A DNA stretch of 64,000 nt from the human T2T-CHM13v2.0 reference genome, Homo sapiens. Under the pieces are notes generated by a model. That model saw nothing but the letters and a program-made list of their open reading frames with translations, made no database searches and had not been told where the DNA came from. Positions 24,359 to 38,501 of this stretch are shown one piece after another. A program made the translations under genes and the position numbers. How positions within the stretch are numbered: the stretch's first letter is position 1; the number at the start of each line of letters is the position of its first letter. Location of the stretch: assembly GCF_009914755.1 (NCBI RefSeq), contig NC_060928.1; one strand, given 5' to 3'.

Positions 24359-26374
24359 CAAAATGCAAATTTCTCCTTTTTACTGGCATGTTATGCACAA
24401 AGATAAAAGATTTTATTAGGAAACTGTTGGAATGTTCGTCACAGTGATGTTTCTGGTTACTTTGGTATTTTAGTCATTTATGGTTTCCTTTATTACCAAT
24501 AGTGCTGCTGCAGCTTATTCTATAAAATCAGACATATCTATGATCGCAGTATCTCAGCCAACATATAAATCTTATTATTTTATGGGACCATTAAACTCTG
24601 GGTCAGCTTGTGTGTCTCCCTTTTTTATATGGATGAAAGAGTAGACTAGGTCAACTTTGTTTTCTTTATTTTCCACTCCAGCAGTACAAACCTGGCTTCC
24701 TATAAATAAGTCTCTCTTTCTAAAATACAGTTATCATACTCCTTTTTAAAATTGTGTGCATAGCTCTAAAATGATCTACAAGTTTCTACCATAAAATGTT
24801 TAGATGACTTACAATTTTTGCAACTTGACTACTGTTCAAAAAATGATGCACAAAACCTGACCAGAAAAATATTGCAATCAAAATGTGCATTCATTTTGCT
24901 AAGCATCAGGTAGATTTCTCAAACAGTACTCTCTTGGACATAATACTAAAATTTATCAAGCTTTCCATCTGGCCTCAAATTATTAAACATTTGCTTTCTG
25001 CACTGAACAAGACTGCAGTGGAGCTAGGGTTAAAAGAACCATAATGAGATACAATTACAGAGATAAATGAGACAAACACTGTAGGTGTTTGACTTGAAGC
25101 AATAATACATCTGATTTTTTTGTGTGAGAGAAAAATGCTTTCATTTATCTTACTGGGGGTTCTCCTAAACTACTGAGTACGAATTCCTTCTGGAGGCCAA
25201 ACATGTCCCTCAGTAAGCATTTAAGCATGATTGAGGGCTGACTTGATGAGACTGCCTACATTAAAAGCATTCTCCAGTGCAAAATTAAATTTAAACTAGT
25301 AGCCTTTCATGACTTTCTGGATAATCAGAAACTGAGAACTTGCATTTCAAAGAGGGCAAACTGGTCTCCTAGTGCCACCACAATGCTTTCTACACCGTAT
25401 GTGAAAGCAGTGGCTCTACCCATTTTGAGCCCTCCCTTCCAAACTCTTCACGTGCTGGTGGTCAACAAATGCTTTTATGGTGGTGATGGGACAAAAGTTA
25501 TTAATGTTAAGAGTTTTCCCAGGCTTCTTCCTCATGTAGACTGCTAATCAGGATTCAGCCTTGACTCTCTTACTCTTTTTGGGTTCTCCACTATCAAAGG
25601 GTACAGAACAAGGGTTAAGAGAGAAAGGACAAGACCATGTAGACTTGGGCTAGAAGAGAAATTTTCAAAGGAGTTTTAAAATAAGAGGCATAGGAACAGC
25701 TGCAGGATATGAAAGCAGTACTTGCGACAGGAAATTGGAGATACTTAGAATTGTGTGGGGATTCTAAGAATCATGATGCTTAGGAAATATAAGAATATGT
25801 ATAAATGACTTGGATTGCTTTGAAACTACTTTTGGTTGCTGAAATTTTGTCTGTCTATGAGATTTCTCTGGCATTGAATGAAGTGGGTACTAGCTTAAAG
25901 GCATTATAACTGTTTTCCCTTAGCACCCTATCTTTCAAGAGGAATGGAAGGGGCCAACTTTGACAATATATTTCTTGAATAGGGTGAACTCCTGATCTCA
26001 GTATTCATCACTTTTTAAATCACATTCTGGTCAACTAACAGAATGGAGTCTCAGTTGGTTCTGTTGTATCTGGGAGTGAGATTCATGGTCAACCAGAATG
26101 GCCAAATAGGAGGCAAAGAAATTAGGACCAAGAAAGGGCCAGAGAAGCCTCCATGTTTACGGGTTAAACCAGAGGCAGCCTCAGAGCAAGTTGATTTTAC
26201 ATAATCTAAATTCTCCCATATCTATGCCCCTCCCTTAACTGCTCCAGCTTTATTCCTTTGCTGTCTCATGTCTGATCTCTCTTTGAGGAGTCAAACGACT
26301 CTTGCAACCTCATTAACATAGGGATGCTACAGCAAAGCTGGGGGAGAAGGGGAGAAACAGAATTCATAATCAAG

Positions 26375-27497
26375 CAGAGCTGGGTTCAAATTGTGACTTG
26401 ACTATTTACTTTCTTGCAGAGGTTACTTAAACTTTAGAAACTGCAGTCTTCCTTTCTGTAAGGTGAGGATAATGATAGAAAACTGTCACATGGGTTATTT
26501 TGAAGACTGTATGAGACAGCAGTGATAAAGCACTTAGCATGGAGTGTGGATCTTAATCCCCAAAGACACAATCCTGAATACCATAATCCCAAATGTTGAA
26601 ATCCTAAAAGATCAAAATCCCTAATGTCTAATATCCCAAAAACCGGGATCAGGAGGAACTATTACCTTGTTACGGTTGTTATCTGGAAATTAATTGTGCT
26701 TTAAGGAGCTAGGAGTGGCTATGTATTTTGTCTTTGCATCATTTCCAATACTGGAGGTATAAATTGTGCAGAGATTTTAAGAGAGTTCTAATTGTTTCAT
26801 GCATTTTTTGCAAATTTCACTCCACAAAAGTGCATTACCACAATGTTGCCTTTGTGTGTAAGCATAGTGCATGCATGTAAAAATGTTGAAACTTCCTCAA
26901 TAAGTGAAGAGATGTCTTTTTTGTACATCTGCATTTGCAAAAGACAAAATTTCTCAAGATTTTGGCTGTTTGGGCAACTGCATATGTGTTGGTGACCTAT
27001 CGCAGTTTTTGATCAATCTTGTCGAAAGATTTAGGTTGTGTGTTACTATTTCAGATGACCACATTTCTAAAGATGGGTGCAAACAATCACCAGCCATAGT
27101 GAGATGTATTTATACATCTCCCTTTTTGACCTATTTCTTTATGAATATGGTTCACCTGCTCATAACTCTTATACTTATGTAACTCTTCTTGATATACCTG
27201 ATTGTTTATGCTTCTAAAAATATGTATTTATTATTGACTATTTTGTTGTGTAAAATGGACTGTGAAATGTTCTCTCATGTTTTCATATGTTGCTCAAATA
27301 AATGCCCTTTTAAAATAGAAATAAGTATTTTCTAAATAATGTGTAATTTTTTTCGGAATTACATTTTCAGGATTTTAATCTCTTGGGATTTCAATATTTG
27401 GGATTGTCTTTTTTGGGACATGATCAGCTCCCCTTAGAATGACACTCAACCCATACTAAGTTCTAAATAAATGTTAGCCATTAGCATATTATCATTA
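26375..27497 (+). mobile_element. MIR split by Ricksha (26375-26541 and 27433-27497)
   Basis: ctgggttcaaat...ggttacttaaac...taaagcacttagcatg | ...taagttctaaataaatgttagccatt continues the MIR 3' end. Confidence 0.8.
26542..27432. mobile_element. Ricksha (MULE/MuDR DNA transposon), internally deleted copy with both ends
   Basis: Long degenerate TIRs built of aatccc / gggatt subrepeats; 9-bp TSD cttagcatg / cttagaatg. Confidence 0.85.
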
Positions 27498-28184
27498 GCA
27501 CATTGTTGTAGGTCAATATTTCTTAGCTGTAATTATTTTTGTTATTGTCATCCTGTATCATCCTCCAACTCTTCTTTCTCTCTGCACCCTTGCCTTCTTT
27601 AAGAACATTTTCTGAACCTAATCTGCATGGCTTGATACAAGCTACTGCATTCAGATGTGGTCATAACCCATCACAGCCTCATCTGAAGTCTTCAGGGAAT
27701 CATCACTGCTGGTATCCATCCAGCCTAGCCAAAAGTTTTCACCTGCATCTCTTTGGTGTTTCCTTCTGCTGAACTCATGACTGTTTCTGGACACCACTGA
27801 GCCATGCTTCCAATAGACGAAGCAAGTCTGAAATTTAATCAGAACGCCTTCTCCCTTTACTCTAACCTGGTATTCAAAATCCTCCCAAAAGAAAAATGAA
27901 TTCAAATATTAATATTTATCACATGGTTTTCTAAAGACGTCTAAGAAGAAAGAAAGTGGGGTTTTCTCCTTAAGTCTGAAATAATTTAAAGAAATATAAA
28001 AGCTTAAAAGAAGAACTTTTAGAAAAGAATTTTAAAATAATTATTCTCATCCTGAAAAATCTAAACCATCTTACGCACAATTATTCTCCCTGCTGTGAAA
28101 GAAGAAACCTAAAGGGACAGGAGTAAGCACTGATAAATTCTGAATCTCTTGCAATTGTCCATCGCAGAAATCTTGTGAGATTAA

Positions 28185-28300
28185 TGGTATCATCCCCTCC
28201 CAACCCCACTGCACAGATAAGGAAACTGAGGCTTAGGAAGGGGAAGTGACAAGACCACCCAACTAGAAAATACCAGGGCTGTAACAGAAGCCCCAACTGT
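28185..28300 (-). mobile_element. MIR
   Basis: cacagataaggaaactgaggcttaggaaggggaagtgac. Confidence 0.7.
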
Positions 28301-29026
28301 GAAAATCATTACAATACAAAACTCAGCGGCAGCTCTAACCCTCTGATAGAGTTGCTTTTTCCCCACACTTCTCCTCACTTCCTTATTACTCTCATTGAAT
28401 ATCCATAATAACCCAGAAGAGCACTATATATATAGAAAGGCACATTTTATTGGCTGATATTTCCACAGTTGGAGTCATTTCCCCTGTAGCATGTGACAAC
28501 TTCTGCATTGAGTCCACATGATAGCCTGGTGTTCTGAATCACGGTTCAACTCAATTCTATTTACCAAACTCCCAGAGTCTTAAAAATCACTTTACTGGAG
28601 TTACAGTCATGAGAAAACAAGTTACACAGAGGGACCTGCTGAGAGGGCAGCTGCGAAGTGTCCTGAGCAATTACAGATCAGCGGCATTCCTTTCTATTTG
28701 ATCTTTAAAATCACAGCAGATTTTAAGTTGGGAGGAGAAAAATCAGAGCACCCATGGAAAATAACCAGTGGGTGAATGAGAATGTCTCCAAGTTCCTCTG
28801 TGTCATGCCCCTTTTCCATCCATCCCACTTGCTTCCATGAAAGTTACTGACAAAGCTCTTCTCTGAACCATTACCATGTAGGAAACATAAGGGGATTGTA
28901 TTATTGACTAGACTAGGACAGGAATTTGGACTAGGACTAGACTAGGACTAGGAATTTGGTTTTGTTTTTTTTTTTTTTTTTTTGCACAATTATTTTATCA
29001 AACTATCCTAACATCTTTGCCTGATC

Positions 29027-30876
<1,850 letters not shown>

Positions 30877-30947
30877 TTTTTCAGTAACATCATTCCTTTA
30901 CTTTTCAACTGACAATGAAGATGTTTGATATCTTCAGTAGACATCAG

Positions 30948-31330
30948 TGTTGCTGACCAATGTTTTCAGGCTCCTCTTTCAGGTGTTCAGGGATATTGTT
31001 CTTCTCTATACTCTTGATGTTAGTCCTGGCCAGGTGATTTGGTTTGGCCAATGATGTGTGTCACTTCTGGCCAGAGTATTTAATTGCACTTGTTTTAATC
31101 TTTGTCTCTGCTTCCTTCCTCTCCTTTGACAATCATGGGAGCATGTGTTAACACGAAATTGCCATAAGAGCTCAGCAGCCTGGAAGGCTGAGCTAACACA
31201 TGTATATTTTAGAGAATGACCTAACACCCCATCAGGCCTACCACAAGAAATAAACTCTTTTTATGTGTAACTGCTGAGATTTCCAGGTTATTCGTACATT
31301 GCAGTATGAACCAGCCTATCTTATTGTACA
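30948..31330 (+). mobile_element. MLT1H/I-like MaLR LTR
   Basis: ttggccaatgatgtgtgtcacttctggccagag...aagaaataaactct...gctgagatttc...gcagtatgaaccagcctatc. Confidence 0.7.
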
Positions 31331-31332
31331 TG

Positions 31333-32106
31333 GTGTTTCAGTTGTATTTGGCTGATAGGAATAGAAAACTCAACTGTAATGGCATATACATGTAAGAGGA
31401 CTACTAGGCTTGCATAATAAGAAGACCTAATGAAGGCAACCTAGAATTGGATGGCTCAGTGGTATCTTCCATAATCCTTCCATCTTCTTATTCTGTCATT
31501 TCTGGCTATGGTTTTAGTCCTTGTGGTGTCAAATGGCTTCTGCTCCTATAGGCATTGCATTCATGTTCCAAGCAGGAAGAAGAGGCAAGTCTTTGTCCCT
31601 TACTTTAGGAAAGAAAGTTGTCAGTTTTTTATGCTACTGTAAAAGAATACCATAGACTGGGTTGCTTAAACAACAAGCATTTATTTCTCACAGTTCTGGA
31701 GGTTGGGAAGTCCAATATCAAGATGCTGGCAGATTTGGTGTCCAGTGAGGACACTCTTCCTAGTTAGTAGATGGCCATCTGTCTTCTCATAGCCTCACAT
31801 AGCCAAGACAGAAATCATCTTTCTCATGTTTCTTCTTATAAAGGCATCAATCCCATTCATGAGAGCTCCACCCTCATTACCTCCCCAAAAACCTCACCTT
31901 CTAATACTATAATAGTGGAGGTTAGGATTTCAACATATGAATTTTGGGGATGCAAAAATATCCAGTCCATAACAAAGGCCTTTTTGGAAAAATTTGCCTT
32001 CATCTCATTAGCTAGAAACCTGCGCTGTGGTCAACACAAGGTGCAGAGGAATCTAGGAAGATGTTTCAGCTTCCTACTCTCTAAGGCAGAGAAAGATAAG
32101 GGAAAA
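31333..32106 (-). mobile_element. MLT1K/L-like LTR split by MLT1A
   Basis: ggaatagaaaactcaactgtaatggc...catgttccaagcaggaagaag | ccttcatctcattagctagaa. Confidence 0.55.
31619..31974 (-). mobile_element. MLT1A solo LTR
   Basis: ataccatagactgggttgcttaaacaacaagcatttatttctcacagttctggagg...ggttaggatttcaacatatgaattttgggg...ccataaca. Confidence 0.85.
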
Positions 32107-32688
32107 TGTTATAGTGTGTAGCTAGTTAGGTATAAGCAGGGCAGGAAAGGGTTTCCCCCACCACACACAAATACACATACACACACACACAAAGACACAC
32201 ACACACACACACACACACTTGGAGTATTTGGTGACCATCAGATGATGGTCAGGCAGTTGTCAACTGTTTCTCTAAAGTAATAATTGGTCACAGCTGGTGC
32301 CAGAGAAAGGCAGTCTCCTAATAGAAAACACCTGAAACTGATCAGCGGCTTCCCAGTAAGATCTCAGGAGTGAGGAGAAGTAACACAAGATCCCGGAAGT
32401 ATGACAATGTGTAAAACCTAAGTCAAGAAGTCAAGCTGTACACTTGGTTTCTCAAGTTGCTCACTTGGCCCTCTTCCAAGTTGTACTTTCTTTCTTTTCT
32501 TTCCTTTCTTTTTTTTTTCTTTCCTTCCTTTCCTTACTGTGCTAAAGCTTTCTTAATAAACTTTCACTCCTGCTCTGAAACTTGCCTCAGTCTCTCCTTC
32601 TGCCTTATGCCCCTCAGTCAAATTCTTTCTTCTGAGGAGGCAAGTAGTGAGATTGCTGCAGATTTGTATGGATTTGCCACCAGTAACA
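32107..32688 (+). mobile_element. MER66-family ERV1 solo LTR containing (CA)n at about 32161-32218
   Basis: gaccatcagatgatggtcaggcagttg...taataattggtcacagctggtgccagagaaaggcagtctcc...aataaactttcactcctgctctg...cagtaaca. Confidence 0.8.
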
Positions 32689-33396
32689 TGGATACATTCC
32701 TTCAGTAACAAAAGGAGGTTTGGAGATAGACCATCCACAGTTTCTGTCACTATGTAATTATAAAGAAAACTGGACCATTTCAAGCAGTGCCTAAATGCAA
32801 ATTGTTTTTAAAGAGCTGATAATTCACAAAACCTAATTTCAAATACAGCATTAAGAAAGATAGCTTATATAATAAAAACATTATGTTATAAAAAAAAGTA
32901 CATATCTTCTGCTTTTGTAATGCTTATTATGTATCCACCACTCTGGACTTAGGGACAGTGTCACAGAATCATGGATTTCCCAGAAAAGATTAGAAGGATT
33001 CAGCCCATCCACCAAACAACTAACTGAACATCCCTGACCCTCCTGACACATACTGTCTAATTTCCATGTAAGCTTAAAGCCTGATGAGGTCATGGAAGAG
33101 TGATACTATTTATTCATTCCACAAATACTTATCTAGGAACAGGTAACTTACTATGCACAGTATCTACAACTATGATAAGTAAGATACCAACTCCATCTTC
33201 TAGAACGCAACTTGGAAACAAATTTAGACTGATTAACAAGTAACTATAGTGCAATGAGACAAGAGCAATAATAGTGATGCAGTCATGCACCACATCATAA
33301 ATTTCCATCAACAACAGATTGCATATACAATGGTGGTCCTATAAGATTATAATATTGTATTTTTACTGTACATTTTCTATGTTTAGATATATTTAC

Positions 33397-35685
33397 TGTA
33401 TTGGTCTGTTCTCACACTGCTGATAAAGACATGCCCGAGACTGGACAATTTACAAAAGAAAGAGGTTGAATGGACTTACAGTTCCACATGGCTGAGGAGG
33501 CCTCACAATCATGGTGGAAGGCAAGGAGGAGCAAGTCTCATCTTACATGGATGGCAGAAGGCAAAGAGAGAAAATGAGAGCCAAGCAAAATGAGCTTCCC
33601 CATATCAGACCATCAGATCTCGTGAGACTTATTCACTACCACAAGAACAATATGGAGGAAACCACCCACATTTATCTTCCACCCGGTCCCTCATACAACA
33701 CATGGGAATTCAAGATGAGATTTGTGTGGGAACACAGCCAAACCATATCATTTTGCCCTGGCCCCTCCCCTCCCAAATCTCATGCCTTCACATTTCAAAA
33801 CCAATCATTCTTTCCCAACAGTCCCCCAAAGTCTTAACTCGTTTCAGCATTAACTTGAAAGTCCGCAGTCCAAGGTCTCATCTGATACAAGGAAAATCCC
33901 TTCCACCTATGAGCCTGTGAAATCAAAAGCAAACTAGCTACTTCCTAGATGCAATGGAGGTACAGGTATTTGGTAACTACAGCCATTCCGAATGGGAGAA
34001 ATTGACCAAAACAAAGGGGCTACAGGACCCATGCAAGTCTGAAATCCAGCAGGGCAGTCAAATCTTAAAGCTCCAGAATGATCTCCTTTGACTTCATGTC
34101 TCACATCCAGGTTATACTGACACAAGAAGTGGGTTCCCATCATATTGTGCTGCTCCACCCCTGTGACTTTGCAGGGTACAGCCTCCCTCCTGGCTGCTTT
34201 CACAGGCTGGTGTTGATTGTCTGTGACTTTTTCAGGCACACAATGCAAGATGTAGGTGGATCTACTATTCTGGGATCTGGAAGATGGGGTCTTCTTCTCA
34301 TAGCTCCACTAGGCAGTGCCCCAGTAGGGACTCTGTGTGGGGGCTCCAATCCCACATTTCCCTTCTGCACTGCCCTAGTAGAGGCTCTCCTTGAAAGCCC
34401 CACCCCTGCAACAAACTTCTGCCTGGACATCCATGTGTTTCCATACATCCTCTGAAATCTAGGCATAAGTTCCCAAACCTCAATTCTTGACTTCTGTGCA
34501 CTTGCAGGCTCAATACCACATGGAAGCTGCCAAGGCTTGGGGCTTGCACCCTCTGAAGCCATGGCCAGAGCTGTACCTTGGCCTCTTTTAGTCCTGGCTG
34601 GAGCAGCTGGGATGCAGGGCACCAAGTCCCTAGACTGCACAAAGCATGGAGACCCTGGGCCTGGCCCACAAAACCACCATTTCCTCCTAGACTTCTGGGG
34701 CTGTGATGGGAGGGGCTACTGTGAAGACCTCTAACATGCCCTGGAGACATTTTCCCCATTGTCTTGGGGATTAACATTTGGCTCCTCGTTACTTATGCAA
34801 ATTTATGCAGTTGGCTTGAATTTCTCCTCAGAAAATGGGATTTTCTTTTCTATCACATTGTCAATCTGCAAATTTTCCAAACTTCAGTGCTCTGGTTCGC
34901 TTATAAAACTCAATGCCTTTAACAGAACTCAAGTCACTTTTTGAATGGTTTGCTGCTTAGAAATTTATTCTGCCAGACACCCTAAATTATCTCTCTCAAG
35001 TTCAAATTTCCACAGATTTCTAGGGCAGGGGCAATATGCCACAAGTCTCTTTGCTAAAACATAACAAGAATTACCTTTGCTCCAGTTCCCAACAAGTGCC
35101 TCATCTCCATCTGAGACTACCTCAGTCAGAACTTCATTGTCCATATTGCTACCAGCATTTTGAGAAATGCCATTCAACAAGTCTCTGGGGAGTTCCAAAC
35201 TTTCCCACATCTTCCAGTCTTCTTCTGAGCCCTACAAACTATTCCAACCTCTGCCAGTTACCCAGTTCCAAAGTTGCTTCCACATTTTTGGGTATCTTTT
35301 CAGCAGCACCCCACTCCTGGTACCAATTTACTGTATTAGTTGGCTCTCAGACTGCTGATAAAGACATACCTGAGACTGGGCAATTTAAAAAAGAAAGAGA
35401 TTTAGTGGACTTACAGTTCCTCATGGCTGGGGAGGACTCACAATCACGGTGGAAGGCAAGGAGGAGCAAGTCACATCTTACATGGATGGCAGCAGGCAAA
35501 AAGAGAGCTTATGCAGGGAAAGTCCTGTTTCTAAAACCATAAGATCTCATGAGATTCATTCATCCTCATAAGAACAATGTAGAAAGACTTGCCCCCATGA
35601 TTCAATTACCTCCCACTAGGTCCCTCCCACAACACATGGGAATTCAAGATGAGATTTGGGTGGGGACACAGCCAAAACATATAGG
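33397..35685 (-). mobile_element. Full-length THE1(B-type) MaLR provirus: 3'LTR 33397-33750, internal 33751-35331, 5'LTR 35332-35685
   Basis: Two LTRs of about 354 bp around a 1.58-kb THE1-int with PBS-side gtaaattggtaccag and a purine-rich PPT; candidate TSD tttac/tttat. Confidence 0.95.
33934..35210 (-). pseudogene. Fragmented MaLR internal ORF of THE1-int (non-functional)
   Basis: ORF pieces MWESLELPRDLLNG... and ...ASEGASPKPWQLPCG...KSRIEVWE...RFQRMYGN are typical THE1-int ORF text, broken across frames. Confidence 0.8.
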
Positions 35686-37004
35686 TTTATATACATACAT
35701 ACTTAACCATTGTGTTATACTTGCCTACAGTATTCAGTACAGTCGCTTCCTGTATAGGTTTGTAGCTTAGGAGCAATAAGCTCTACCATATAGCTTAGGT
35801 GTGTAGTAGGCTCTATCTAAGTTTGTGTAAGTACACTCTACAATTTTCACACAATGACAACATCACCTACCAATGCATTTCCCAGAATGCATTCCCTTTG
35901 TTAAATGATGTTTAACAGTACATAAAAGTACAGGTATAGCTCTGAGGATGGTATTCTCAAAGTAGGAAGTGCAGAGAGAATGGGAAAAGATTAGGGAACA
36001 TGACGTTCAAGCTGAATGTTGAAGGATTGAGTAGGAGCTTGCCAGGAAAAAGAAATGAGGGAGAGATCCTCCCAAGCAGAGGAAACATATATCCACATAC
36101 TGGTTCCCAGAACAACAGAACATGATTTTCCAAACTTTGTATGTTTCCTAACTCCCATGTTATACATTTAAAACATATTTCAGCACTATTATGGGGCAAT
36201 TATATATGCCTGTTATCACTAGAATTTCCCCCAATAAATTACACAGAGCAATGAAAAAAGAGATATAACTCAGGTGTGAAAATAGATACAGCCTTCACTT
36301 TCAAAAATCTGGCCCTTTCAAATGTGCAGCTATGATTAGGAAAGCCAAATGTCCTATTGCTTTTACATGTGCTCCTATAAAATAAAATGAAAAACACACA
36401 TTTTTTCCACAGGAGCTAAGGAATGCTTTTGTGAGAACATGTGATGTAATTGAAAACAGTAGGATTTAGTGTTGCTTGTGTGCTTCAACTTAAAAAGATC
36501 CTTTGAACAACTTAATCCATATATGAGACCTCCATTTCACTCCCTCCTTTCTCTCTCTATAGTAGCCACTGGAATAGAGGGAAGAAAACCCATAAAATAT
36601 ACAGGTATCAAATCATCTAGTTGTACTCAATTAAATCATGAAAGGCTAAAAAATGGGCAATTTCCCCACTATGATAATATACACTTAATTCATTTGCAGC
36701 AAATATGGTAGTCTTGACTTCTAACCCTTTAGGTGAGTGAAAATCCTGAATAAGACAAGTGTCTTTTAAGATTCATTAGATATAAACCATGCTGTTGTTG
36801 CCTTTGTATGCTGCCCTAACTAAAGTAATGCATGTACCAGCTGCATCATAAAAACTGATTGGCTAATTAGTTGAATGAGTTCATAAATGAGAAGAGAGGC
36901 TGTAGAGTTTATGATAAAATGCCAGAATGTCATTTATTCCAATGATTTGTATTATTGTAATATCTTATAGAAATTATTTTAAAACAAATAAAATATAGGT
37001 TTAA

Positions 37005-37500
37005 CAACAATACTTATTAAATGCCAGGCAGGCATTGTTCTAACTGCTTTGTATATAGTAACTTGTTTAGTTTTCCCAACAACCCCATGGGAGTATCTTT
37101 GATGCTGGACTAAGATTGGTTGACCCAAACCACATATTTTAAAACTAGGGAACTTTAAATTTCCAAAGGGAAGTTATGGTCCTGAGTAATAGATGGTTGG
37201 GTAGAAGCCAAAAGGTGCCCATCACACTTGCAGAATTAATAACTTCATCAGGACTGAAACCCACCTCTTCTGTCTCAGAATAAGCTCTCACTTCACCCTG
37301 CAACCCTCTTCCTAGAATAAAAGCATACAGTATATGATGAGTCACTAATACATTAATGTTCATTCTCATTTGAACAATAAATACTTCATTCATTCAACTA
37401 ATTTTATTGAGCAAGATTATTGTATTCTTTACATGGATGAGGAAACTATGCCTCAAAGACATTTCTTGGTAAGATTACCCTACATGGCAGTAAGGCTTTG
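37005..37500 (-). mobile_element. MIR fragments (about 37005-37095 and 37418-37500)
   Basis: ggcattgttctaactgctttgtatat...cccaacaaccccatg; tttacatggatgaggaaactatg. Confidence 0.55.
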
Positions 37501-37715
37501 GGGAGAAATTTTTCAGTTTACTGGAAGCCTCATCTGTCCTCCATGCAGTTCTTTAAAATGACTCCAATTTCAGCTTGGAGGTATTTGGGAGATTATGTTT
37601 ACAGATATAAGATCATTATTTATAAAAATTTAGGTAAATTTAGGCAAGTAAAAACTTAATAAGGCTAGTATCTTATAAATCCCTTGAAAGTGAAAATCAT
37701 GTTCCCTTTATTTTT

Positions 37716-38136
37716 AAAATTTTTTTTAATTTTTGTGGGTACACAGTAGGTGTATATATTTGTGGGGTAAATGAGATGTTTTGATACATGCATGCAATGT
37801 GAAATAAGCACATTATGGAGAATGGGGTATCCATAGTCTCAAGCATTTATCCTTTGTGTTATGCACAATTACACTTTTTTAGCTTTTTAAAATGTACAAA
37901 TAAGTTATTATTGACTATAGTCAACCTATTGTGTGATCAAATAGTATGTCTTATTGATTCTTTCTATTTTTTGTACCCATTATCCATCTCCATCTCCCCA
38001 AAAAGCCCACCACTACCCTTCCCAGCCTCTCTCTGGTAACGATCCTTCTAATCACTATCTCCATGAGTACAATTGATTTTTAGATCCCATACCATAAAAA
38101 CAGATGCATAGACCAATGGAACAGAATAAAGAACCC
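37716..38136 (-). mobile_element. L1MA1/2-like 3' end with a short inverted ORF2 piece (38092-38136)
   Basis: aatttttgtgggtacacagtaggtgtatatatttgtggggta...; then sense-strand cataaaaacagatgcatagaccaatggaacagaataaagaaccc; TSD ccctttattttt / cccttcattttt. Confidence 0.85.
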
Positions 38137-38501
38137 TTCATTTTTGTACACTATTGAATCTTATGTGGGAGACATTTTTTTAGTTATGTTAAATATGTGT
38201 TAAACTATGAGGGCTGAGAAAATTTTTGAAGAAAAAATTATTTGAAGTCCTATGTAAAAGCTGTCTATCAAGGTAACGAGGTCCAGAGGTAAGAATATTG
38301 TGGAGAGGCCCCAGACAGATGAAGAGAAAAAACCACCACAACTGGGTATTCATAATCAGTTCTTACATGAGGCGATATCCAGAGGAGGAGCTAAGACCCT
38401 TCTGAAGGTCACCTCAGAATGAAGGGCTTCACAGCCTTCCTCTCAGTATTACATGAAAAACAAGCCTGACTGTGAACCTCTCTGTGCTATTGCAACTCAT
38501 C

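Larger units (their letters stand above)
33280..35918 (+). mobile_element. Tigger3a (MER7A), split by the THE1 provirus (33280-33396 and 35686-35918)
   Basis: cagtcatgcaccacat...ggtggtcctataagattataat | ccattgtgttatacttgcctacagtattcagtacagt...ttaaatgatgtttaacag-TA. Confidence 0.88.
33108..36130 (-). mobile_element. L2 3' region split by Tigger3a/THE1 (33108-33279 and 35921-36130)
   Basis: ttattcattccacaaatacttat... (L2 tail) and tgacgttcaagctgaatgttgaaggattgagtaggag...cccaagcagaggaaac. Confidence 0.65.

Noticed and set aside
28640-28750. E-box, TEAD-like and TCF-like motifs close together
   Set aside because: Short motifs expected by chance; no independent evidence of an enhancer.
34078-35542. 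Cluster of overlapping 125-168 aa ORFs on both strands
   Set aside because: Inside THE1-int and its LTR; remnants of the MaLR internal ORF and its antisense frames.
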